Counted from the stretch's first letter, positions 40,613 through 49,734 are shown. The stretch: DNA of 64,000 nt from an uncultured Phycisphaerales bacterium (GCA_937858155.1 CALLYM010000160.1:5568-69567); one strand, 5' to 3'. The notes: a model not told the origin generated them from the letters alone. A program made the numbers and translations.

Positions 40613-42119
40613 GTGGCGCGCTCCGGAGGTCATGCAAAGGAACGAAGGACCGTGCGGGGTGAGGGTGCTCCATTCACTCCGCGGGTGCACGAGGAAGTGG
40701 TTCGAAGTCTGTGCGCTTCCCAAGAGTTCGGCGACGCGATGTTCCGGGCGATTGACCGGGATCCGCTCACCGCCCTGCACATTTCGAGCGAACGTGGGCT
40801 TGTTGTGTACGCCAACGATCAGGCGGCCCGCATGTTCCTCGCGAAAGGGGTCAGGGCGGCGGATGCCATGGGGCTGACGTGGCACCAGTTGTTCCCAGCC
40901 CCCCCTGGCGGAGGAGCGTCTCCGGATCGTGAAGGAAATCCTCGCGGACGGGCAGCCCAGGTATGTGCGGAGCATTTACTACGGAATCCAGGTCATTGCG
41001 AGGTACGACTGTGTCGGGTCGTTCGAGGGGATTTTGGGCGGGGACAGGCTCTTCCTGTGCGTGACGCGGCATGAGCCAAGGGCGATTGCGGGGAACGAGC
41101 TGGACGGTGTGCGCGTCGTCGAGCCCCGCACGAACTACCTGGGCACGCTCGCGAAGCTGACGCCCAGCGAGCGCGGTCTGCTCGCGCTCATCGCGGAAGG
41201 GCGGTCGATCCAGGAAGCGGCCACGGCGCTGGGGAAGAGCATCCACACGGTGAATGAGCAGCGGCGGGCGCTGGGGAAAAAGCTCGGGGTGCAGGACCGG
41301 GTTGCGCTCGCGGAGATCGCTCGGCACGCTGGCCTCAAGCAGGGGGACCAGGACTTGTCCAGCCTGCAGCACCTGGCGAGGCGGCCTCCGGCGACTGCTG
41401 GCCCACCTGTCGACCCAGGGCGGTTGCGGAAGGTGCTGCTGGGAACACCGGGGTTCGTGGGTGCATTGTGGCGGGCCCTGGACGGGGACCCTTTTACAGC
41501 GTTCCAGGTGCTGCTGCCCGATTCAACGCTGCTGCACGCGAACCTCAACGTGGTGCGGATGTTCGTGCCGGAGCTTGGGGGCGTGGCGGCGCTCCTGAAC
41601 AAGCGGTATGACGAGGTGGCGCCGCCGGAACTGGTGCGGGACCGCATGGATGTGATCAAGAGCGTGGCGCAATTCCACCGGGCGCGGTTGCAGCGGAGCA
41701 TCTACCAGGGAGAGCAAATTGTTACGCGGCTGGAATACTGCGCGCCCGTTGCGGGTATCGATGCTGCCCGCGGGCTGGTGCTTCTGGTGGCGCGGCGCAC
41801 GCCGGCGGAGGTGCTGGACCGCGCGCCCGCGCACGTGCGGCGGCTGATCGTGGACCCTGGGGTCCACCGTCTCGGCGCGATCGGCGCCCTCACCGCCCGG
41901 GAGCGTGAGGTGCTCGCGCTCATCGGCAACGGCCTCTCGAACAGGCAGATCGCGATGCGCCTGCACCGGACGGAGGACACGGTAGAGGACCACCGCCAGA
42001 AGATCGGCGAGAAGCTGGGGATCAGCGACCGGGTGCGGCTCGCGGAGGTCGCGCAGCGAGCGGGGCTTACGCTGCGGGACGCGGGGGCGCCGAGCGTCGA
42101 CAAACTGTCCCGGGGATAG
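40613..42119 (+). pseudogene. frameshifted gene encoding two further PAS-like + LuxR-HTH modules (modules 2 and 3) in one reading frame; +1 shift in a C7 tract at 40899-40905
   Basis: Frame A (track ORF 40523-41074) encodes ...ALHISSERGLVVYANDQAARMFLAKG...WHQLFPAPP. Frame B (40929-42119) continues (LAEERLRI)VKEILADGQPRYVRSIYYGIQVI...LTPSERGLLALIAEGRSIQEAA... and then a third module, ending ...LTAREREVLALIGNGLSNRQIAMRLHRTEDTVEDHRQKIGEKLGI.... Deleting one C restores a continuous protein colinear with module 1. The start is a guess: GTG 40613, preceded by GGAGGGG. Confidence 0.7.
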
Positions 42120-42135
42120 CCGGGTGGGCCGGGGT

Positions 42136-43554
42136 TCAGGCGCCCGATAGGGAGACGAGGCGGCGCGGATCGGTGCGCTGGATGATGTCGCTGACGCCGC
42201 GCTGGTTGAAGCCTTTGAAGCCGTCGTTGCGTTCCAGTGTTTCGAGGTGGCTGCCGATGGCGCCTTCCTTGATGAACGCGTCTCCCTGGCGGCGGGTGAT
42301 GTGGCCCTGTGCGACGAGCTTCTCGACACGCTTGGGGTTCACGGGCCACTTCTCGCCCTCGGTGAAGGCCTGGCGCAGGTAGGGGAACGTGGTGAACGGG
42401 GCCATGTGCTTCACGCCGCCATTTTTCTCCAGCTGTTCCACCATCGCGTGGTAGTCGAACTGGCATTCCAGGTGGTGCATGCCGGCCTGGAGGACCGCCT
42501 CTCCGTGGAGCGCTACCCAGGTGCCGACGGTGCCGAGGCTGTCGTGCCGAACGACGAAGCCGTTGTGAGCGAAGTCCTGCACCAGTTCCTCGGGGCTCAT
42601 GTCCACGTCGTTGAAGGTGGTGATCTTGGTGACGGGCTGCTCCATCACCTGCGCGCCCCAGCCCGCCTCCGAGCCCGCATAGAAGACCTCGCGGCACTGG
42701 AAGCCGAGCTTCTCCCAGAGTTCAATCAGGTCCGCGAAGTGCTCGCGTGAGGAGCGGTACGTGTGGTGATCGTGGTTGGCCCAGCCCAGGCCCAGGCGGT
42801 TCTGGCGGGCGTACTGCACCTGGGCGGCGCGGTTGCGCTTCATCCAGTAGCGGCGCTCTGCCTCGAAGAAGAGGTCGCAGGCCCAGTCCCTCCCCAGGTC
42901 CTTCACGGCGGCATCCACGAGGCGGTGCACCTCCTCGAAACCCTCGGAGTCTTTCGGGCAGTCGCGGCGGCGCGTGCGGAGACGCTCGGCGTGCTCCACC
43001 GCGCGGAGGCGCTGTTCCGGCGTGCTGTTGTCGTAGTCAAACCCCGCCATGCCGTGGCGCTCGATCGCCCAGAGTTCGTAGCGGTGGGCGGCGGTGCCCG
43101 CTGAATGGCCCAGGGCCATGCGGAGCCGTGAGCCCACGCCCTTCTCCCCGCCGTCGTTGATGGAATCGTGGTGGGAGAGGTCGTGCGCGGCGAGGAAGTC
43201 AACGACGCTGTCGGCCTTGATCGCGACGAGGTGGAGGTTGCTGTTCTTGCTAAGGATGATGTTGGGGAAGAGGCCGGCGTCGCACTCGTGGTTGCCGGGG
43301 GCGTGGTGCGTGGGCTTGGACGCGAAGCCGACTTCTCGCAGTGTCTTTGCCAGCGCCTCGGTGTGCGGCACGGCGATATGGTCCACCCAGTCCTTGAACC
43401 GGGTGCCCGTCTCAGACTTCATGCGTTTAGCGAGGCCCGCGGCCCACTCATTCTTCGCCAGGAAGTCGCCGATCAGGGTGTCCACGACCTTCTGCGCCGC
43501 TGGCTGCGGCTCCCAGTGGAACTTGGTCAGGTGGGTCGGGACGGTCGGCTGCAT
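42136..43554 (-). CDS. hypothetical 472-aa protein, His-rich, possibly a VOC/DUF1338-like metalloenzyme (weak)
   Basis: GGAGGA lies 8 nt upstream of ATG 43552-43554. Motifs GWANHDHHTYRSS...LGFQCRE and GSHLETLERNDGFKGFNQRGVSDII recall VOC-superfamily metal-site and C-terminal motifs. I do not recognise the family firmly. Confidence 0.6.
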   Translation of the reverse strand: MQPTVPTHLTKFHWEPQPAAQKVVDTLIGDFLAKNEWAAGLAKRMKSETGTRFKDWVDHIAVPHTEALAKTLREVGFASKPTHHAPGNHECDAGLFPNIILSKNSNLHLVAIKADSVVDFLAAHDLSHHDSINDGGEKGVGSRLRMALGHSAGTAAHRYELWAIERHGMAGFDYDNSTPEQRLRAVEHAERLRTRRRDCPKDSEGFEEVHRLVDAAVKDLGRDWACDLFFEAERRYWMKRNRAAQVQYARQNRLGLGWANHDHHTYRSSREHFADLIELWEKLGFQCREVFYAGSEAGWGAQVMEQPVTKITTFNDVDMSPEELVQDFAHNGFVVRHDSLGTVGTWVALHGEAVLQAGMHHLECQFDYHAMVEQLEKNGGVKHMAPFTTFPYLRQAFTEGEKWPVNPKRVEKLVAQGHITRRQGDAFIKEGAIGSHLETLERNDGFKGFNQRGVSDIIQRTDPRRLVSLSGA

Positions 43555-43640
43555 GCGTTGAATCCTCCGGAGGGGCGTCTTGATCGGGGCCAATCGTACC
43601 AACCCCGCGCGTCTCCGCCACTGTGGAATCGTGGGTCGGG

Positions 43641-45668
43641 TCAGGCCCGTACTTGCCAGCCGTATACCACCCATTCAACGCCCAGAAGTGCCAACGCTGC
43701 AAGCACGAACCAGGGCCAGACCTCGGTGGGAACCCGGGTCGGCTGCACACTGCCGACCTCCCGCCCCTGCACCCGCACGCTGCTGGGGCTGTCGAGCGTG
43801 CTTTCCACCTCGTTGAATAGGTTCACGGCGACTGCTTTGGGAACTCGGGGGGGCGCGGGGTCGCCTGTTTTCAGGACGTAGACACCGGTGCGTGGAAGGA
43901 CGCCGACGGAGAGGGGGGTGTCGATTCCAGCGGTGGAATTCGGCTCCGGCAATTCGCCGGCTTCGCGCACGATCATCCGGCGTCGCGTCGCAGCGTCTTC
44001 CAGGATCACGCTGCCATGTATTGGAGCGTTGACGGTGACGGGCTGGTCGGTGGTAAAGAACGTGCCCTGCCCGCTCCGGGCGCGGAGGGTGAGTTCATCC
44101 ACCGCGTTCGCGACGAATATTGCAAACGACGGTGTGAGCGCCCAGTTGCTCTGGGCTAGGTCGAAGCAGACGACGAGGTGGCGAACACCGTCTTGTTCGG
44201 TGAGCACGATGAGGGGATGGTCGTCGGCCCTCGCGATGACCTCCGGGGGGTTCGGCCCGGTGTCGTCGACGGTCAGGCTGAATGACTCTCTGACGACGAG
44301 GTTGTCGAGAGGTACACCTTGCATGAGGCGGTGGCCCCGGTCCCAGAAGACGGAACGAGGTCGCACCGTGACAGGAGGGCCGGCGGTGTGGATCGTGCTG
44401 AACGCGGGCACGGACCCGAGGCCGATGCTTGGGACCCGTGGCGTGGAATTCATCGGGCCCACAGAATCAAGGATGATGAGGTCAAAGGCCTGGTCGCGGC
44501 CCTCAGCAACAACGCGCGGATATTCCGCAGGGGACGCGCGAAGAAGCTCCTGGGGGTGGAGTTCTTCCAGGATGTCGCCCAGGAGCCAGGTTGGGGCGTG
44601 TGTGGAAGCGTCCGGGTGTTGTGCCGATTCCGTGGGCGGCTGGACCAGCAGGATGCGGGGCCTTTCGGGCTTTGCGAGCACGACGGACGCCGTGTTGTCG
44701 CAGGCGAGGGCGTCTGCGCGCGCAATGACCAGCGTGAGGACGCCTTCCTGAACACCCTTGAGATCGAACAGCACGGACGAGCGTTTGTCGAGATTGACAG
44801 CGCGGGACTCGATACTCACGCCGTCGAGCGCGAGCGTCAGCGGTACATCGACGGGCGCGGGGTTGTTGCTGATGAGCTCCGCGAATACGCGGAGGAGGGT
44901 GGGGTCGCGGTCGTCGCGGCGTGCGGCCAGGCGAAGGATTCCCACGTTGTCCGTCGTCGCAGCGGCGTTTTCATCGGGGACTGCCGGTGCGCCCACGCGT
45001 TCGAAACGCAGGCGGGAGATCGTCGCGGGGACATCGTCCATGGGCTCGAACGAGCCGTCGCTCACGAGGAACACCGTGGGGGCGCTCGCGGAGGCTTCGT
45101 CCCCCTCGGCGTTTGCCATCGCGTCGACGAGCTGAAGCGCTGCGCCCAAGTTGCCCGGCTGGTCGGTGGGTTCTGCGCTGTCGATTGCGCTTGTGAGCAG
45201 GCTCTGGCTGGTGCTGAAGCCGGTGAGGGGCTTTGCGCGGGCGGCGAGCTGCACAACCGCGACGGACTTTGCGCCGGCGCTGAGGACGTCCCGCGCGAGC
45301 TGGCGGGCGCGATCTTTCGCGCGGTCGAATCGGGGCTTTGACTCTCCGGCATCCACAGCGTTCATCGAGGCGGATGCGTCCAGCACGATGACGACCCGGT
45401 CGCCAGCGATTGCAACACCGTGCAACGACGGGCGTGCGAACGCCAGCAGCAGGCACGCCAGCGCGAGGAGGTGGAGCAGGAGGAGCCACGTCGGCCGGAG
45501 CCAGCGCAGCGGTACGTTGGCCTGCACATCTTCGGTCGCGCGGGGCCAGAAGAGGACCGACCCGACACGAACGGGTCTGCGGCGGAGCCGCAGGAGGTAT
45601 AGGGCGAGCAGCGCCGGCACCGTGATCGCCGCGGCGACGAGTGCGGGGATGGGCGCGAGGAAGGTCAT
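43641..45668 (-). CDS. BatA-like N-terminal double-TM domain + von Willebrand factor A domain protein
   Basis: MTFLAPIPALVAAAITVPALLALYLLRLRRRP...WLLLLHLLALACLLLAFARP, followed by VVIVLDASASMNAVD (MIDAS DxSxS). There is a C-terminal TM helix (VWPWFVLAALALLGVEWVVY). Confidence 0.75.
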   Translation of the reverse strand: MTFLAPIPALVAAAITVPALLALYLLRLRRRPVRVGSVLFWPRATEDVQANVPLRWLRPTWLLLLHLLALACLLLAFARPSLHGVAIAGDRVVIVLDASASMNAVDAGESKPRFDRAKDRARQLARDVLSAGAKSVAVVQLAARAKPLTGFSTSQSLLTSAIDSAEPTDQPGNLGAALQLVDAMANAEGDEASASAPTVFLVSDGSFEPMDDVPATISRLRFERVGAPAVPDENAAATTDNVGILRLAARRDDRDPTLLRVFAELISNNPAPVDVPLTLALDGVSIESRAVNLDKRSSVLFDLKGVQEGVLTLVIARADALACDNTASVVLAKPERPRILLVQPPTESAQHPDASTHAPTWLLGDILEELHPQELLRASPAEYPRVVAEGRDQAFDLIILDSVGPMNSTPRVPSIGLGSVPAFSTIHTAGPPVTVRPRSVFWDRGHRLMQGVPLDNLVVRESFSLTVDDTGPNPPEVIARADDHPLIVLTEQDGVRHLVVCFDLAQSNWALTPSFAIFVANAVDELTLRARSGQGTFFTTDQPVTVNAPIHGSVILEDAATRRRMIVREAGELPEPNSTAGIDTPLSVGVLPRTGVYVLKTGDPAPPRVPKAVAVNLFNEVESTLDSPSSVRVQGREVGSVQPTRVPTEVWPWFVLAALALLGVEWVVYGWQVRA

Positions 45669-46309
45669 GCGCGCGGGCGGGCGGGGGTGACGCCGTAGCC
45701 GCGCCCCCAGATGAACATTTCCTTGGAGATGTCCCGGCTTGCCTTGGGCTTGGTGGTGCCGGCCTCGGCGAACATTCCCTTGGCGCGCCGGATGACATCG
45801 GGCGTGGGCTCTCCTTCCAGGATTTTCATAATGAGATTGCCGCCCGGGCGGAGGAGCGTGGGGCAGAGGTCCAGGATGCGGTCGCAGAGGCGGGCCGAAA
45901 GGAAGTCATCGCCGTGGCCGCTTGTGCTGGGGGCCATGTCGCTGAGCACGACGTCAAAGCGGGCACCGCGGGCGATTTCCGGATCGGTGAACCCTGCCGC
46001 TTTCAGCAAGACCGCCGCGTCGGTCTTGTAGATATCACCCACGAGGGCGGTGACGTGCTCGGGCAGTGGGGTGGTGATGGGCGTGAGGTCGATCCCCACA
46101 GCGGCGCCGCCCCGCCGGGGGTCGAGGTTCTTGCCGAGCAGTTGGAGCCACGATCCCGGGGCGCAGCCGAGGTCCACGACGCGGTCGGTCGCGCGGAGCA
46201 GTCGCCGCTTTTCCTGGATTTCCTCGAGCTTGTAGACGCTGCGCGCGACGTACCCCTCGGCCTTTGCGCGCTTGAAGTACTCGTCGTGGAGCGTGCGGGG
46301 TTTGGGCAC
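45665..46309 (-). CDS. rlmE: 23S rRNA (uridine2552-2'-O)-methyltransferase RlmE/FtsJ
   Basis: EGYVARSVYKLEEIQEKRRLL...VVDLGCAPGSWLQ...VLSDMAPSTSGH...GGNLIMKILEG. Confidence 0.9.
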   Translation of the reverse strand: MPKPRTLHDEYFKRAKAEGYVARSVYKLEEIQEKRRLLRATDRVVDLGCAPGSWLQLLGKNLDPRRGGAAVGIDLTPITTPLPEHVTALVGDIYKTDAAVLLKAAGFTDPEIARGARFDVVLSDMAPSTSGHGDDFLSARLCDRILDLCPTLLRPGGNLIMKILEGEPTPDVIRRAKGMFAEAGTTKPKASRDISKEMFIWGRGYGVTPARPRA

Positions 46310-46378
46310 GATTGGAGTGTACGGGAAGTGGCGGGATGTCGGACGCCTTAGGGCAACACGGCGCGGGCTGCGGCGTGT

Positions 46379-46609
46379 TCACTCATCTGAGCGTGGCTTG
46401 CCCTGGCGTTCCTCAATCCAGCACCGCTGTACTTCCTCCAAGATTCGTTCATTGACCTGGTGTCCAGGTTGTTCCCGGAAGCCGGGCAGCGCGAGGACCA
46501 GCTTCTTGAGCTCGACGAACCCCATGCGCATCGGGTCACGTTCGGGGTAGCGCTCGTGGAGCGCTTCGCCGATGATGTCAACGTCCAGCCAGTGGAAGGT
46601 GTCGTCCAC
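46379..46609 (-). CDS. iscX: Fe-S cluster assembly protein IscX (YfhJ)
   Basis: GTG start at 46607-46609, preceded by GAGGGGGAA. (V)DDTFHWLDVDIIGEALHERYPERDPMRMGFVELKKLVLALPGFREQPGHQVNERILEEVQRCWIEE aligns with the IscX pattern (W.D..EIGEAL...YP..DP..v.F.dl......l..F.dd......E.iLEai...W.eE). Confidence 0.75.
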   Translation of the reverse strand: MDDTFHWLDVDIIGEALHERYPERDPMRMGFVELKKLVLALPGFREQPGHQVNERILEEVQRCWIEERQGKPRSDE

Positions 46610-46634
46610 AGCAGATTCCCCCTCGCCCGGGCTG

Positions 46635-47033
46635 TTAGTGCGGCAGTTCCTTGACCGCGTTGCGGTTCCACGATGGGATACGGAAAACGACTGCGCCTTC
46701 CCTTTCAATGACGCACTGGCATGAGAGGCGGGAATTGCGCTGGAGCCCCGGTGCCTCCTCGACACGGTCTTCTTCGGCCTCGGTGCTTTCGGACAGGTTC
46801 TGCATGCCCGACTCCACGTACACATGGCAGGTGCTGCACGCGCAGACGCCACCGCAGGCGTGCTCGATATTGATGCCATGCTCCATCGCCAGTTCAAGGA
46901 GAGACTGGCCTTTGCAGCCCTTGAGCTCGGCGGTGGGGCTTGCCGTGCCGGTGAGGGATTCGGGGTCTTCCATGTGGACTGTCACCGGCACGATGGCGGG
47001 GCCCTTCGGTCGGTCGGAGTGCTTCAGCGTCAT
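46635..47033 (-). CDS. fdx: [2Fe-2S] ferredoxin, ISC/adrenodoxin type
   Basis: CGGVCACSTCHV...SRLSCQ carries the four Cys ligands in the vertebrate/ISC-type spacing. It is followed by iscX. Confidence 0.85.
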   Translation of the reverse strand: MTLKHSDRPKGPAIVPVTVHMEDPESLTGTASPTAELKGCKGQSLLELAMEHGINIEHACGGVCACSTCHVYVESGMQNLSESTEAEEDRVEEAPGLQRNSRLSCQCVIEREGAVVFRIPSWNRNAVKELPH

Positions 47034-47075
47034 GCAGCATTCTACGGACGGCTGGCCGGCACGTATGCTTGGCGC

Positions 47076-47876
47076 ATGGATGCGCACGCCCAGGACGGCG
47101 GCTCAAGTATTGTCACGCCCCGCGAACACGTTGATCTATCCGTGATCGCTCCCGCCCACAACGAGCAGGAGAACGTGGAGGCGCTCATCCGAGAGATCGA
47201 CGCGGCAATTGAACATACGGATATCCGGTATGAAATCGTGATCGTGGATGACGGCTCGACGGACCAGACGCGTGCGAAGGTGCGTGGCATGATGTCTGCT
47301 CGGCCGCACGTGCGGTGCATCGCGATGACCAACACCCCACCCGGGAAGGGCAACGGGCAGTCGGCCGCGTTTCACGCAGGTTTTCGCGCGGCAAAGGGGG
47401 GCCTCATTGCGGTGCTGGACGCGGACCTGCAGAACGACCCGGCGGAAATTCCCGCGATGGTCGCGCGGCTCAGGGAAACCGGTGCGGACATGGTGCAGGG
47501 CGATCGATCGCACGCGCGGAAGGACAACGCGGTAAGGCGCGTTGGTTCGATTGTGGGCAGGAAGTTCCGGCTGTGGCTGCTCGGCGACACCATTCGCGAT
47601 ACCGGGTGCTCACTGCGGGTGATGAAGAGGGAAGTTGCGCTGCGCATCCCGCTGGAGTTCCGGGGCATGCACCGATTCATCCCGGTTTCCGCCCGGCACA
47701 TGGGGTATAAGGTGGTGGAGATGCCGGTCACGCACCGCCCGCGCACGGCGGGGGAGACGAAGTATGGCATGGGTATCGTGCAGCGGGCACTGCCTGGCCT
47801 GCGTGACCTGTTCGCGGTGCGGTGGATGCGGAACAGGCGGCGGGCCGTGACGAGCGAAGAAGTGCGCGGAAGCTGA
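47076..47876 (+). CDS. family 2 glycosyltransferase, polyprenyl-phosphate sugar transferase type (DPM1/ArnC/GtrB-like)
   Basis: LSVIAPAHNEQENV...IVIVDDGSTDQT...AVLDADLQNDP...TGCSLRVMKRE. Confidence 0.85.
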   Translation: MDAHAQDGGSSIVTPREHVDLSVIAPAHNEQENVEALIREIDAAIEHTDIRYEIVIVDDGSTDQTRAKVRGMMSARPHVRCIAMTNTPPGKGNGQSAAFHAGFRAAKGGLIAVLDADLQNDPAEIPAMVARLRETGADMVQGDRSHARKDNAVRRVGSIVGRKFRLWLLGDTIRDTGCSLRVMKREVALRIPLEFRGMHRFIPVSARHMGYKVVEMPVTHRPRTAGETKYGMGIVQRALPGLRDLFAVRWMRNRRRAVTSEEVRGS

Positions 47877-47901
47877 AGAATATCTGTCGTGAATCGACCG
47901 C

Positions 47902-49734
47902 TTGACGTTACGATCCGTGATGCACGAAACTCAGGCACTGCTGACGCTCGCCGCGGGCGCCCACAACCTACCTCTTCTCACGACCATCGCTGCCGCGTTC
48001 GCCGCGGCGTGGGTGCTCGGGCTCATCACGCAGCGCATCGGCTTGTCGCCCATCGTGGGGTATCTGCTGGCGGGCATTGTCATCGGGCGTCACACACCCG
48101 GGTTCACGGGCGACACCAATCTTGCCCTGCAGCTCGCGGAGGTCGGGGTCATCCTGCTGATGTTCGGCGTGGGGCTGCACTTTCACCTTAAGGATCTGCT
48201 CGCGGTCAAGAGCGTGGCGATTCCGGGCGCGGTGGGCCAGAGTCTGGTCGCAACCCTCGCAACTGTCGCGATTTTTCATGCGATGGGCTGGCCGCTGCGG
48301 TCCACGGTGGTGCTCGGCATGGCGATGGCGGTGGCGAGCACTGTCGTGCTGCTAAGGGTGCTGATGGACAGGGGGATGCTGAGTTCCAGCCACGGGCATG
48401 TGGCGGTGGGCTGGCTGATCGTGGAGGACATCTTCACGGTGCTGGCGCTGGTGCTCGTACCAATCTTCGGTACTCCCGCAACGGCCGATGCGCACGCAGC
48501 AGCGCCGGCGGCGGCGGGCACGTTCGCGGCGCTCGCGACGGTGGGGTGGGCGCTGCTGAAGCTGGGGGCGCTGGTAGCGATCGTGCTTCTCGCAGGGTCC
48601 AAAGTTGTGCCGTGGATACTGACTCGCGTTGCGAGGCTGCGTTCCCAGGAGCTGTTCACGCTCACTGTCATGGTGCTCTCGATTTCGATTGCCGTGGGAT
48701 CGGCGACGATTTTCGGTGCGTCCGTCGCGCTCGGCGCGTTCCTGGCGGGCATGGTGGTGGCGCAGTCGCCTGTCAGCCATCAAGCGGCGGCGGACGCGCT
48801 CCCGATGCGCGATGCCTTCGCGGTCATTTTCTTCGTGTCCGTCGGGATGCTCTTTGATCCTGGGTTTGTGGTGCAGCAGCCCTGGCTTATGGTGGCGGCG
48901 CTCGGGGTCGTGCTGGTGGGGAAGCCGCTGGCGGCGCTCATCATCGTCGCCGCGTGCGGTCGGCCCGTGCGGACGGGGCTGACCGTTGCGATTGGGCTTG
49001 CCCAGATCGGCGAGTTCTCCTTCATCCTGGCGCAGGTTGCCGGGGACTATCAATTGATGCACAAGGACGGCATGAACATCCTTGTCGCCACGGCGATCGT
49101 GTCTATCACTATCAACCCGCTGCTGTTCGGTTCGCTTGACCGCATCGAGCGGGTGCTGCAGGCTTGGCCGTGGCTATACCGGGTGCTCAATGCGCGTCAT
49201 GACCGGCGGATGGCGGAGGTCAACCGGCGCGCTTCGAGCGTGGCAGAGACGGACACGCGTCCGCTGGCGATCATCGTGGGCTACGGGCCGGTGGGGCGGG
49301 TGGTGGACGCGATGCTCAGGGATGCTGCGATCCGCACGATGGTGATCGACATGAACGTCGACACGGTGCAGGGCATCGCGAAGGCCGGGCATACCGCGAT
49401 CTTCGGCGATGCCACGCGCCCGGAGGTGCTGGATCAGGCGGGCATCGCGAGGGCGTCGTACCTGGTCGTTTCACTGCCGCACGCGGAGGGGCGAGCGGCG
49501 CTGGTGCGGTCAGCAAGGGAGCGAAACCCGGGGGTACAGATCATCGTGCGGGCACGGTACCTTGCCGAGCGCGACGTGCTGTACAGCGCGGGCGCGGCGC
49601 ACGTGGTTTTCGAGGAGGGCGAGGCGGGTGTGGCGCTCGCGCGGCACGTGCTTGTCTCGCGCGGGGTGGAGCCTGAAAAGGTCTCCAAGCTTCTGGTGGC
49701 GATACGCCGACTGTGGAAGATGGATGCGCAATGA
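47902..49734 (+). CDS. monovalent cation:proton antiporter-2 (CPA2) family protein with C-terminal RCK/TrkA-N domain (KefB/YbaL-like)
   Basis: About 12 TM helices (…SPIVGYLLAGIVIG…LMFGVGLHF…). The RCK domain has IIVGYGPVGRVV...VIDMN. Confidence 0.9.
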   Translation: MTLRSVMHETQALLTLAAGAHNLPLLTTIAAAFAAAWVLGLITQRIGLSPIVGYLLAGIVIGRHTPGFTGDTNLALQLAEVGVILLMFGVGLHFHLKDLLAVKSVAIPGAVGQSLVATLATVAIFHAMGWPLRSTVVLGMAMAVASTVVLLRVLMDRGMLSSSHGHVAVGWLIVEDIFTVLALVLVPIFGTPATADAHAAAPAAAGTFAALATVGWALLKLGALVAIVLLAGSKVVPWILTRVARLRSQELFTLTVMVLSISIAVGSATIFGASVALGAFLAGMVVAQSPVSHQAAADALPMRDAFAVIFFVSVGMLFDPGFVVQQPWLMVAALGVVLVGKPLAALIIVAACGRPVRTGLTVAIGLAQIGEFSFILAQVAGDYQLMHKDGMNILVATAIVSITINPLLFGSLDRIERVLQAWPWLYRVLNARHDRRMAEVNRRASSVAETDTRPLAIIVGYGPVGRVVDAMLRDAAIRTMVIDMNVDTVQGIAKAGHTAIFGDATRPEVLDQAGIARASYLVVSLPHAEGRAALVRSARERNPGVQIIVRARYLAERDVLYSAGAAHVVFEEGEAGVALARHVLVSRGVEPEKVSKLLVAIRRLWKMDAQ

